A stretch of 64,000 nt of DNA from an uncultured Methanosarcinaceae archaeon (GTDB lineage: Archaea; Halobacteriota; Methanosarcinia; Methanosarcinales; Methanosarcinaceae): contig CAVSHT010000008.1 in assembly GCA_963727895.1 (NCBI GenBank), positions 32,001 through 96,000 of the forward strand. The letters are read 5' to 3'. Below are positions 12,417 through 22,879 of this stretch, one piece after another. The translations under genes were made by a program, and so were the position numbers. The notes below the pieces were generated by a model. The model saw only the letters and a program-made list of their open reading frames with translations, was not told where the DNA came from and ran no database searches. The number at the start of each line of letters is the position of its first letter. Positions within the stretch are counted from its first letter, which is position 1.

Positions 12417-12553
12417 ATATATTAATTTATCACACAGTATAAAATAAAATATAAATCTATTATTTAACAAAAAGCTGGGGAAATTTTTGAGTTCCACAGC
12501 AAACTGCAGGGAATTAAACTGAAATAATAACAGCTAAAAAGATTTTGGCAATA

Positions 12554-13801
12554 TCAAAAGAGCGCCCTTAAGAATGTTCCAAAAGTTTTCATAAGTCTGA
12601 AGGAACTTCCTGAAAACATGAGCTTTCTCATAAGGATAGAAGGATGATCCATATCTCCGTACTCGGTAATAGTGTTTAAAATTGAAGGGGTATTCAGAGA
12701 ACCTATAAGATCATTTAACTGCTTATCTTCCAGCTTCCCCACATAATCATGAATCTTCATGCCGATGTCAAGCTCTTTTCCAATGCCTTTCCGCCAGAGT
12801 TGATCATATTCAGAAAGCTTTTTTGCGGAGTTATCTCCTTCAAGGGCTGCCTTTGCTGCAACCTTTCCAGCGATTTTTGCCGAAAAAGCTCCAGTATAAA
12901 TTCCTCCTCCTGAGGTCGGTTTTGCCTGTCCTGCTGCATCGCCAACCAGCAGAACTCCATTAGATACAGTTCTTTCCTGAGGACCTATTGGAATTCCCCC
13001 AACTACGAAATCAAGCATACCTCCTGAATATCTTGCTTTTACATGAGGATTGGAGTGAAGGAACTTCTCAAGGTAAGAAAGAGGAGAACAATCTTCTTGA
13101 CCACTTTTCCAGGCAAGTTCAGGTTTAATGGCAAGTGCGATTCTTGAGACTTTTTCATTAACTGGTACGGTCCAGGCAAAAAAACCGGGAGCAGTAGTAC
13201 CGGGAAAAAGTTCAACAAAATCACTGTCATCCGAGGCATATGGAGCTTCAATCTGCATACCCGGAAGTACACGGGCGGGTTTTTCAAGTCCTGCATAACT
13301 GGCTATCCGGCTTTTTACGCCATCGGCTCCTATCACAACAGGAGTGCATATTGTTTCAGGTTTGCCATTTTTGAGTATCCTGAGCTTTACCTGCGAACTT
13401 TCTTTTCCTTCCTTACCGGTTTCTGTGCTATTTTCTAATCCTACAGCCCTGGTTTTGAGAGAAAGATCTACACCTTCTTCAACAGCCATTACTGCAAGAG
13501 TTTGGTCGAAGTTTTTCCTTGAGACAACATATGCTTTGGTCTTTTTTCCATCTATTGGCAGGCACTGCCCATCAGGAGCATATACAAAAGCCCCGCGTAC
13601 AGAGTTGAACACAAACTCGTCCGAAGGCTTGAGATCGCATTCTGCAACTGCTCTGGTGCTCAAAAGTCCAGTACAGCCTACAGGTGACCCTATAGAAGCA
13701 TGTTCCTCAAGCAAGAGAACTTTTGCTCCATTCTGGGCTGCATAGCGAGCTGCAGTAGACCCCACAGGTCCGGCTCCAACCACAACGACATCATACTTCA
13801 T
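12554..13801 (-). CDS. Geranylgeranyl reductase-family FAD-dependent oxidoreductase
   Basis: GAGPVG, GADG and LVGDAAGQAKPTSGGGI motifs. Confidence 0.88.
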   Translation of the reverse strand: MKYDVVVVGAGPVGSTAARYAAQNGAKVLLLEEHASIGSPVGCTGLLSTRAVAECDLKPSDEFVFNSVRGAFVYAPDGQCLPIDGKKTKAYVVSRKNFDQTLAVMAVEEGVDLSLKTRAVGLENSTETGKEGKESSQVKLRILKNGKPETICTPVVIGADGVKSRIASYAGLEKPARVLPGMQIEAPYASDDSDFVELFPGTTAPGFFAWTVPVNEKVSRIALAIKPELAWKSGQEDCSPLSYLEKFLHSNPHVKARYSGGMLDFVVGGIPIGPQERTVSNGVLLVGDAAGQAKPTSGGGIYTGAFSAKIAGKVAAKAALEGDNSAKKLSEYDQLWRKGIGKELDIGMKIHDYVGKLEDKQLNDLIGSLNTPSILNTITEYGDMDHPSILMRKLMFSGSSFRLMKTFGTFLRALF

Positions 13802-14034
13802 GCCTATTACCTTGAAAATAAGTCTTTTCCATAGCAGGAAACTTAATATATTCTTTTAATAAATACAGTTAATATAACAAAGTTTATATCTCAACAAAGT
13901 GATAAAATGTTGATGTGACCTTCATAACAGAGTAACCTGTTATATATTACAGAGTTATATATTAAAGGGGTCTTTTTATTGATAATAATAATTATTTGAT
14001 GGTCCAGTTGTGTTTCATTGATTCAATTTTTTAG

Positions 14035-14135
14035 TTATCAGAAGCTTTCCGAGTATCAGAAGCTTTCCGAACTTCATAAGTATCATAAGCTTTCTGGGCT
14101 TATACACAATCAGAAGCTTTCAATACTTCATAATC
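14035..14135 (+). repeat. Degenerate tandem repeat of TATCAGAAGCTTTCCGA (4 units, 18-27 bp period)
   Basis: Direct reading of the sequence. Confidence 0.7.
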
Positions 14136-14231
14136 TTGATATACTGATACATAAATTCAGCGTGAGATTAAAACATAAAACTGAAAGATCAGGTATTTAA
14201 CGATTTCTTAGAATCATTACCAGGATTTTCC

Positions 14232-16607
14232 ATGCACCAGAAAAAAGAAAAATTCCAAGTATCGAACTCTCAGAAAACAGAGAAAAGTAACCGTAGTAGA
14301 GAAAAAGTCCGACCTTTGGATAAAAAAAGTTCTAAAATTAAGGATGATAAAACTTTCCAGGCTTCAAGTAACAAAGCTTCTAGGAGCTCAAATCTAAAAG
14401 ATTTTCATACCCAAAAAAACAAGGTTGGAAGCAAATCCAAAGATTTTAAAGGAAAGCTTCCTGAGAATAAACAGGCTTTCAGCAAGAGCCTTGGCTTTAA
14501 AAAAGATTCAGATCTGGTATCCTCAAAGAAAAAAAATATTGGACGTTTCGAATATGAAGATGACCATATATTCTGGTGCGAAAAATGCAACCTGCCACTA
14601 ATAGGAACAAAATGCGGAAAATGCGGCAGCAAAGGAGAAATAATTCAACTATCTCAGCCTGCAGATGTCCGTTTTTGTTCTCCTTACGAGAGAGAAGTCC
14701 TTAATAAGCAGCTTTATTCATCTTTTGGATGTAATCCTCTGGGTAAAAAGCTCACTCTTCTAAATAAAATTCCTGGTGAGGATAAAACAGATGAAGTAAT
14801 TGTAGACGGATTTATTTTTGGAATTCTCCGATTTGAGCTTTCAAAAATGGATTACACTTTTGAACCTTCCCTGCAAGGAGCAAAAATTCTCCTAAAATCT
14901 GCCGAAGACAGGAAAATCGAACTCAAGAAAATAAATAGGCATCTTAATGGAAAAAGCATTTCAGCAGGATCTATTGAGGCGTTTGATAGCAGTATAAAAG
15001 CAGGAGATTTTGTCCTTGTGACTGCAGGCAGCCTTACAGGTTATGGAATTTCTTTAATTGATGCAAGCTTTTTTGAAAAAGACCTGAGAGAAAATCCATC
15101 CAAGTGGAATGATCAAGCTACTGGAGAGGTTAGTGAGAAAGTTGCCGAAAACGACTCTGAACCAGAATTTTCGCCAAAAACAGAATACTTACTAAAAATG
15201 GAATCCTCGCAAAAATCCGAGATAAAGGCTCTCCGAATTAGAAAAATTGATAGTAGTGAAGCTTCGCTTCGTCCTGAAACCCCAGATCTTGCAGCATGCA
15301 TAGAGGCAAACAAAAAACACCTCCAATTGCTTGGAAAAAATGCAATCAATACTATTCGCGGAATTATTTCCAAGAAAGAATATCAAAATCTGCCTGTCTA
15401 TGTTTCCTTCAGCGGTGGAAAAGACAGTCTTGTAGTACTTGATTTGGCACAGTCTTCTCTTCAGAAAAGGGAACTTAAAGCTTTCTTCCTGAACACAGGG
15501 ATTGAGTTTCCAGAAACCATCGAGTTTGTACGAAACTTTTGCCAGGAAAGGGAAATATATCTCAATGAAGCAAGTGCAGGTTCAGCTTTCAGGGAGCAGG
15601 TAGGAAAATTCGGCCCTCCTGCAAAGGACTTTCGCTGGTGCTGCAAAGTTTGCAAGCTGGCATCGGCAGAAGACTTTGATACAGGAAACAAAGCCTCATC
15701 TAGTAAAGGAAACATTGAAGTGGCTTATCTGACAATTGACGGTAAGAGAAAACACGAATCTTTCTCCAGGGCAAGGATTGCAGCAAGCGAAACAAATCCT
15801 TTCGTTCCTGCCCAGCTCAATATTTTTCCTATAAAAGATTGGAAGGCAATTGAGGTGTGGCTTTATATTTACTGGAGAAAACTTTCCTATAACCCTCTCT
15901 ATGACCTTGGTTTTGAAAGGGTGGGCTGCTGGCTTTGTCCATCTGCTCTTGCTGCCGAGTATTCCAGGGTAAAAGACCTGCACCCTGAAATGTATGCTAA
16001 ATGGAATTCTTTCCTTCTAAAATGGGCAAAGTCCAGAGGGCTTTCTGAAAAATTTGTAGAGCATGGCTTCTGGCGCTGGAAAGAATTGCCTCCTAAGATG
16101 CTAAAGTTAGCCGAAGAATTAGAAATTTCTATTGTTGCCAGAAAAAACATTGAATATTTTGAAATTGAAGTCGTATCAGGAATTTCTCCCTGCCGAGCAG
16201 GCGGCTTTTCAGTAGAAGCAGGAATTAAAGGCATCAAAGAAAAAGAAGCTGCTGGTTTTTTCAATGTACTCGGGAATATGGTATACGCAGAAAACCTGGG
16301 GATGCTGCTGGTTAAAACTGAAACTGGAACCGTAAAGTTTTTTTCAAACGGGAACCTGCTTGCAAGTTCAGAAACAAAAGAAAAAGCAATCTCACTTTTT
16401 AAGGAAGCTGCAAAACAACTTACAAGGCTTTCTCAATGTACTGGCTGCGGGATTTGTGTAAAAGCCTGTCCTGTTGGAGCAGCTTCTCTTGAAGGAAAAA
16501 CGCCGCTTGTAAGCGAAGCCTGTATTAGGTGCGGAAAATGCACGGAGTCCTGTGTTGTGACCAGATATTTTGATAAGCTTGTACCTGACTTGGATCAAAG
16601 GTTATAA
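14232..16607 (+). CDS. PAPS-reductase-family protein with Zn ribbon, PUA-like and C-terminal 2x[4Fe-4S] domains
   Basis: SFSGGKDS, RWCCKVCK, RVGCWLCP, CTGCGICVKACP and CIRCGKC motifs; Lys/Ser-rich N-terminal extension. Confidence 0.88.
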   Translation: MHQKKEKFQVSNSQKTEKSNRSREKVRPLDKKSSKIKDDKTFQASSNKASRSSNLKDFHTQKNKVGSKSKDFKGKLPENKQAFSKSLGFKKDSDLVSSKKKNIGRFEYEDDHIFWCEKCNLPLIGTKCGKCGSKGEIIQLSQPADVRFCSPYEREVLNKQLYSSFGCNPLGKKLTLLNKIPGEDKTDEVIVDGFIFGILRFELSKMDYTFEPSLQGAKILLKSAEDRKIELKKINRHLNGKSISAGSIEAFDSSIKAGDFVLVTAGSLTGYGISLIDASFFEKDLRENPSKWNDQATGEVSEKVAENDSEPEFSPKTEYLLKMESSQKSEIKALRIRKIDSSEASLRPETPDLAACIEANKKHLQLLGKNAINTIRGIISKKEYQNLPVYVSFSGGKDSLVVLDLAQSSLQKRELKAFFLNTGIEFPETIEFVRNFCQEREIYLNEASAGSAFREQVGKFGPPAKDFRWCCKVCKLASAEDFDTGNKASSSKGNIEVAYLTIDGKRKHESFSRARIAASETNPFVPAQLNIFPIKDWKAIEVWLYIYWRKLSYNPLYDLGFERVGCWLCPSALAAEYSRVKDLHPEMYAKWNSFLLKWAKSRGLSEKFVEHGFWRWKELPPKMLKLAEELEISIVARKNIEYFEIEVVSGISPCRAGGFSVEAGIKGIKEKEAAGFFNVLGNMVYAENLGMLLVKTETGTVKFFSNGNLLASSETKEKAISLFKEAAKQLTRLSQCTGCGICVKACPVGAASLEGKTPLVSEACIRCGKCTESCVVTRYFDKLVPDLDQRL

Positions 16608-16666
16608 GGTGTAAATAATCAAAATACCGGATTAGTATACCGGATTAGTAAAGACAAATTTACATA

Positions 16667-16864
16667 TTAAAAATTTAAATACTTTGGTGCTAATGATATA
16701 TTCATGCCTTCGTTATCATCTAAAATTTTGCATGACACCACACAGACTGCATAAACAGTTTCTTCACTCAATCGAGCAAGCTCTATCCTTTTTCCGGCAA
16801 CCATCCTGGAGCAATCTAAGCCATCGGTTGCAATCATTATTTTTTTGAAATTAACAATTTCCAT
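16667..16864 (-). pseudogene. Universal stress protein N-terminal fragment
   Basis: FKKIMIATDG...ELARLS...VYAVCVV, then ends early. Confidence 0.65.
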
Positions 16865-17374
16865 GAAACCCAATTGTATTATTCTTTGGGAATGAATATA
16901 ATATCGTCGTGTTTCGTAAAGTGAAAAAGTCATGAAGATTCTGATCTTCGACAATATGAAAGGAACAGGAATCGGTTATTACTTAGAAATTTGCGTGTCG
17001 TGTCCTTGAGTAGTGATCAATTCTGTAAAGGCTGGATGTAAAACAGCAACATCAGTCTCTGCATAATTACCATCATCATGGGTCGGTTGAATAACTACTT
17101 TTTAGCAAAAGTTCTTATGTTTTCGGGGCGCACATCTTACAAATAGTTATTACGTACCACTCAGTTTATATATTCATAGAGTTCTGGAGAGATTACTTCC
17201 CAGGAGCACTCTATGTTCAAATATTGGCTTCTAAGTATTAGATTCGATTCATCTTAGCAGACTTCAATTCAATTAGAATCTTTTCTAAATAAGTCCAACT
17301 GTCTTTAAAATTAGGCTTGCAAAAAATCCATCTTTAAATTCATTTACATACAGATCATCAGGAAGGAATCAAAA

Positions 17375-18808
17375 ATGACTCTGAAACCCAGAACCGCAGA
17401 ATCTTCTCAGATTCGTTTGATTGACCTTATGTCAAAGCCTTTCTTTATAGTAGCTTCCATCGAAGTCGGAAACACCACAACTAAATCTATCCTCACGGAT
17501 ACAAATATGGATACTGGCATGACTTATATTATTAATAAGGTAGTTAGGATGACCAGAGATGTATGTCCTCCGAAACTCGGAGAAACAGCATTTGGAAAGA
17601 CGCTTACAGGTGTGGAACTTACTCGTGAGGCAATTGCGGAACTGGTACGTGATACTCTTATCGAGTCGATGGAAAAAGCTAACCTGGATATAAAAACCGA
17701 TCTGAACTTCGTTGTTCGCTCCACGGGCGTAGTTGCAGGTTTTGAATGTCCAGAAGAGGTGGGCGAATTTATCAAAGCTCTTGCAGATGGTTGTCTAATA
17801 GCAGGAGTTCCACCAAAGAATATGACACCTCCGATGTCAATTTCAAATATTTCTAAAAAGTTCCGGAAATATAGCAAACTGGAAAAGGTGATCTTTGATG
17901 GAGCTGTAGCTGGAGTAACGCCGCCTATTGGTTCAACCGGTATTGAAATAGTTGCAAATGAAATGGAAGGAGAACTTGCAACAGCAGGAATTAAGGAAGC
18001 AGCCAAACTTACAGATGTTGATTTCAGAAACCCCTGTTTTTCAATTGACTTTGGTACAACTCTTGATGGTAGGATCACAAACTCTGACCAACCATACGCA
18101 AAAACAGTAGGAAACTTCTGTGGTTATGCGGGTGCAATTCCTGATGCAATTGTCCGTGGTTCGAAACTAGTGGATCCAAAAGTAGGGACTGCTCTAGAAG
18201 TTTTTGAGAAACAGAGAACGCCTTCTTTCTTTACCTTGGAAATTCAGGCTAAAACAATTGAAGAGTATGCAAAGAGCATCCATGAACTTATTATCATAGA
18301 AAAGGTTCCAAAAGGTAGAAAAATATATGGAAGCGTGCCTGTAAATCCGGATGTGGCTGAGGAAGTAGGTGTAACACTTATAGGTTGCGATGTAGGTGAA
18401 AATGGCAGTGATATGAATAAGCTCAGTGGTATCGGTATGGAGATCTATAAAACCCACGGACTTCAGATGGTCCACGCTGTCGTTGACGAGGTTATGGCAG
18501 GAGTGGTCTGCAGGCTAATTAAGATCGCAAAAGAAGAGGGGCTTGTTTTTGAAGATACAACTTTTGGAATAACTGGCAGAGCAGGCATTACAGGAAACAA
18601 ACCCAAACTGGTCCTGAAGTACCTGGAAGAAATTAACCTTGCTTCGAAAATAGATGAGAGAGTAGTCTTTGTAGATGACGGGCTTGCAAGGGGAGCAGCT
18701 GTTATGGCTCGTTGTATGAACTCTCTGGGCTCACCGCAAAATCCTCTCGGTGGCAAACACGGTGGGAAATGCATCCTTCCACAGAGGATAAAACTTCAAG
18801 CAAAATGA
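17375..18808 (+). CDS. Methanogenesis marker protein 14
   Basis: VASIEVGNTTTK, FVVRSTGV, NEMEGEL, DFGTTLDG and DDGLARGAAVMARCMNSLG motifs. Confidence 0.85.
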   Translation: MTLKPRTAESSQIRLIDLMSKPFFIVASIEVGNTTTKSILTDTNMDTGMTYIINKVVRMTRDVCPPKLGETAFGKTLTGVELTREAIAELVRDTLIESMEKANLDIKTDLNFVVRSTGVVAGFECPEEVGEFIKALADGCLIAGVPPKNMTPPMSISNISKKFRKYSKLEKVIFDGAVAGVTPPIGSTGIEIVANEMEGELATAGIKEAAKLTDVDFRNPCFSIDFGTTLDGRITNSDQPYAKTVGNFCGYAGAIPDAIVRGSKLVDPKVGTALEVFEKQRTPSFFTLEIQAKTIEEYAKSIHELIIIEKVPKGRKIYGSVPVNPDVAEEVGVTLIGCDVGENGSDMNKLSGIGMEIYKTHGLQMVHAVVDEVMAGVVCRLIKIAKEEGLVFEDTTFGITGRAGITGNKPKLVLKYLEEINLASKIDERVVFVDDGLARGAAVMARCMNSLGSPQNPLGGKHGGKCILPQRIKLQAK

Positions 18809-19202
18809 TGCTGAAAAACCAGAAACGACAAAAATCAAAGTTGTCTAGCTCACTCCGCTGCAATCATCGGTTATGTTTGTAACAATGTTTCAGATAGGCT
18901 CTAAACTTTTTACATTATTTGAGGTTTTTATTTCAGTTGATATCCCGCAGATTGCTCCAGAGACGGGAACTTCCCTAAAAACATAGGGAACTGAATAATA
19001 TCCACTGTGTGAATATACTATTTCTTGCAGGGGGACGCCAGAGTAATTTTCATTTTCTACTAATCTTCCTTCGTCAGAATCTGTATTATAATGCTTTTAC
19101 CGGTAGCACAATTTCTTATTTAATTGCGTTTTCGGAACATTATAACTTACCAAAAACTTTACATTCTAATATAACAATAATTTTAGTGAGTTATCTTGAA
19201 AT

Positions 19203-19301
19203 GAGCTAATCCCAAAAAATAGTTTTTATCATCGAGTTTTCAGGTTTTTTTCAAAATCGGTGTCATAGTCTCGATTCAAAATACGAAATAAAATAAATAA
19301 A
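19203..19301. mobile_element. Truncated MITE (one end only), interrupted by IS1
   Basis: GAGCTAATCCCAAAAAATAGTTTTTAT matches the end of the MITE at 10605. Confidence 0.55.
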
Positions 19302-20043
19302 GGCATTGATACTTAAACATAGTTATATACTATTAGAAAGTATATTTCTTCATTAACTGCCCCAGATGCAATAGTTCTAATTACAAAAATAATGGTATAG
19401 TTGGCGGGCGTCAACGGTACAAATGCTCTGATTGTGGATATAACTATACAGTAGAGCTAAAATCAACTGCTTTTTCCGCCTCTGTTAAAAAACAGGCTTT
19501 ACAACTTTACCTTGAAGGATTGGGCTTTCGTTCAATAGGAAGAGTTTTAGGGGTGAGTCATGTTTCTGTCCAAAAATGGATAAAGAAATTTGGTCAAGAG
19601 TGAGAGAACCTAAAAAGTGAAAGTGAGATATCTATTGTTGAAATGGATGAGATGCACACTTACATCGGTAACAAAAAAAAATATTGCTGTATCTGGATTG
19701 CTGTTGATAGAGTTGGGAAAAAGTTCATCAACTGCTCTTTTGGTAGCAGAGGAACAGAAACTGGAAAACTACTCTGGGAAAAATTGAAGAAAAAAGAGAT
19801 TGGAGAAGTGATGACAGATCACTGGAGGGCATATGCAGAGTTTCTTCCAGAAAAGAGTTCATACTCAATCAAAAGCAGAAACATTTACAGTTGAGGGATA
19901 TAACAGCATATTGAGGCACTTTCTAGCAAGATTGAGAAGAAAGACAAAGTGTTATACAAAAAGTCTTGAAATACTAAAGTACTCGGTTATTCTATTGATG
20001 AAATACAGAAATAAAGAACTAGATATATTTGAGTAACAATGCC
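19302..20043 (+). mobile_element. IS1-family element, copy 3 (defective)
   Basis: GGCATTG...CAATGCC ends; start ATG mutated, TGA at 19601, extra frameshift. Confidence 0.9.
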
Positions 20044-21019
20044 AAAAATTGGTACTAAATAATTTTGATTACGAATCAATTTATTATTCTGTGTTAGAAG
20101 GCATTGAAGATACTAAAGGCTTATTCTCACCTATAGAATTTACAGATGAAGAAAAAAATGCTATAAAAGTTGCTACTAAAGCCGCATATGATCGTATAGA
20201 TAAAGTGCTTATTGAGCACCAGATTAGCAACTATACAAAGTGGATTAATACAGTTAATAGATTACTTCGTGAGTTTGGCAGAACAAATAATACTGGGTTC
20301 ATATTTACATTGAATCAAGATTTATTTATTGAGAGATTTTATCAAAATCCAGTTAAAGGTCATCCTTGTAGATATCCAGAAGCAAGACTTTCTATTCCTG
20401 GAATCTATAAGTCTCCAGTATGGTTTATGGGCGAAGACGATAATCCAGTCAATGGAACCTTTACAGAGCAGGAAGCTAGGTAATATTATACATTAAAAAC
20501 AACGAATATTACACTTTGCCTAAAAAAAATAAATTTAGCTCAAAAAGTAGCAGTTTATTAAAAGAAGGAAGTTATTTTCTTATAAAACTCCACGGATCAT
20601 ATAATTGGAAAAGTTATGATGGATCAGATATGATGGTCATTGGGAGAGGTAAAAGAAAACAAATTCACAAAGAACCTCTCCTAACTTATTACTATGATCT
20701 TTTTAAAGAAGTTCTCTTTCAAGATCAGCGTAGATTACTTGTCATAGGTTATGGCTTTGGCGATGAACATATTAACAGTGTACTGTCTGAAGCTGTAAGG
20801 GAACATAAATTAAAAATATATATTCTTTCTCCGGAGTCACCAAAAAGTTTTAAAGAGAAACTCTGTGATGGATCCCAAAAGTCTGAAGATACTATAAATA
20901 TATGGGAAGGAGTTTCAGGTTATTTCCAATGTATAGAAGATGTTTTATTAAAGGATGTTTATGGGAATCAATTTGAGAAAGAACAATTTTATGATCTTTT
21001 TTTTGGTAATAGTAATTAA
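20044..21019 (+). pseudogene. SIR2-like (SIR2_2) domain protein, 5'-truncated by IS1 and frameshifted
   Basis: IFTLNQDLFIE, LIKLHGS and LLVIGYGFGDEHIN motifs in two frames (20049-20483, 20516-21019). Confidence 0.8.
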
Positions 21020-21166
21020 GAACAATATAACTTCTCTTGAAAGCCAACCTTTTTTGTATATTACGTTCTTTTTTCAATTCAAAATGTTTTTGTCATATAA
21101 GCTTAAAAGTATTATTCGTGTGAATTAGAGAAAAGAACACATATAGCGAGGATAGGCGAATTGTGA

Positions 21167-22879
21167 ATGCTAATAGGAATTGATGTAGGAGGCACTACCA
21201 CAGATGCAGTGCTTATCCAAAATGGAGAAGTGTGCAGTACTGCCAAGGTTTCCACTGAGCATGGAAATCTGTTAAATTCCCTGCTTGAAGCCCTTGATGC
21301 TGTCAGCAAAGATGTTCCTCCTGAACAACTGGAAAGGGTAGTATTCAGTACAACCGTGATAACAAATCTTATCGCTGAAGGTAAAACAGACCGTGTAGCT
21401 CTGGTATTGATTCCAGGACCTGGGGTTAATCCGGCAAGTTATACTTTTCCTGACAGCTTTTATCTGAAAGGGGCTATGGATTACAGGGGAAGAGAGATCG
21501 ATCCTCTCGATGAAGCTGAAATAAGGAAAACTGTAAACTTAATCCGAGAATCAGGATTTTCAATAGCAGCTATTATAAGTAAGTTCGGACAGAGAAATCC
21601 GTCCCACGAACTCAGAATAGAAGAAATCTTCAAGGAAATCTATCCTGATTGTAAAGTGGAACTTGGGCATAAAGTTTCGGGAAAATTAAATTTCCCGAGA
21701 AGGGTAGCAACTACTATGCTTGCCTCTGCAACCCGAGAGCATTATCAGGAATTTGTTGAGAAAATCAGGAAAGCCCTTGAAGAGAGAAATATCCGTGCTC
21801 CTGTGTATATCATGAAAGCGGATGGAGGAACTCTTCCGGTTGAAAAATCAATAGAATTCCCTGTGGAAACTATTTTTTCGGGTCCTGCCGCCAGTACAAT
21901 TGGAGCACTTGCCCTTACCCTTGAAGGACAGACCTCAGTGGTAGTAGATATAGGGGGAACTACCACAGACCTTGCCTTAATCCTTTCAGGCAAACCTCTT
22001 CTTGCTTCAAAAGGCGCAAAACTTGGAGATTTCCTTACACATGTTAGAGCTTTTGCCGTCAGATCAATAGCTATAGGAGGAGACAGCGTTGTAAGGGTTA
22101 AGGATTCAGACAACGGGACAAAGGTAATAACAGTCGGTCCTGACAGAGCAGGTCCTGCTTACTGCATGGGAGGGAAAGAAACTACCCCGACTGATGCCTT
22201 GAAAGTTCTTGGGCTTATAGAAGTAGGAGATCCAGAGCTTGCAAGTGAGGCAATCAAAGTCACAGCTTCTGAGATTGGAATATCCGAAACTGAGACTGCA
22301 TCTCTGATTGTTGACAAAGTTTCAGGGATGATTGCTGATGCGGTTAATGAAATGTTCTTAGAATGGGAACCGGAGCCTGCATACAGGGTATGGGAGGTTC
22401 TGCAAGAGAAGAATATAAGGCCTGATAATGTGGTTGGAATTGGAGGGGGAGCAAAAGGTCTTATTGCAGAAATTGCGAAAAAACTCGGTGCAAAGCCTGT
22501 TATCCCTGAATATGCTGAAGTAGGAAATGCCATAGGAGCAGCCATTGCAAGACCTACGCTTACTCTGAACCTGCATATTGATACTGAACAAAAAATCTAC
22601 TCAGTTGCTGAGGAAGGAAAGATTGTCAATCTCAGCACAACAAACATTGGCAATTTAAATAAAATACATCTCGACGAAGCTGAAGCTCTTGCCGCAAAAC
22701 TCCTGAGAGCACGTGCAGAAAACTTTGGAATTTCCGAGTATGCAGATGAAGCTGAAATTATTAATAGCGAAGTGTTCAATGTCGTCAATGGTTGGCATAC
22801 TTCAGGGCGGCTTTTTGATGTGAATATGCAAATCCCTGCAGGCTTGATTCCTGAATGGAAAAGGAGGGAAAAAGCATGA
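21167..22879 (+). CDS. Hydantoinase/oxoprolinase-family protein
   Basis: GIDVGGTTTD, SGPAAS, DIGGTTTD, GPDRAGP and TPTDA motifs. Confidence 0.9.
   Translation: MLIGIDVGGTTTDAVLIQNGEVCSTAKVSTEHGNLLNSLLEALDAVSKDVPPEQLERVVFSTTVITNLIAEGKTDRVALVLIPGPGVNPASYTFPDSFYLKGAMDYRGREIDPLDEAEIRKTVNLIRESGFSIAAIISKFGQRNPSHELRIEEIFKEIYPDCKVELGHKVSGKLNFPRRVATTMLASATREHYQEFVEKIRKALEERNIRAPVYIMKADGGTLPVEKSIEFPVETIFSGPAASTIGALALTLEGQTSVVVDIGGTTTDLALILSGKPLLASKGAKLGDFLTHVRAFAVRSIAIGGDSVVRVKDSDNGTKVITVGPDRAGPAYCMGGKETTPTDALKVLGLIEVGDPELASEAIKVTASEIGISETETASLIVDKVSGMIADAVNEMFLEWEPEPAYRVWEVLQEKNIRPDNVVGIGGGAKGLIAEIAKKLGAKPVIPEYAEVGNAIGAAIARPTLTLNLHIDTEQKIYSVAEEGKIVNLSTTNIGNLNKIHLDEAEALAAKLLRARAENFGISEYADEAEIINSEVFNVVNGWHTSGRLFDVNMQIPAGLIPEWKRREKA

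Noticed and set aside
14035..14135. AAGCTTT-cored repeats as a mini CRISPR array
   Set aside because: Units are degenerate, spacing is only 18-27 bp, there are no unique spacers and no cas genes nearby.
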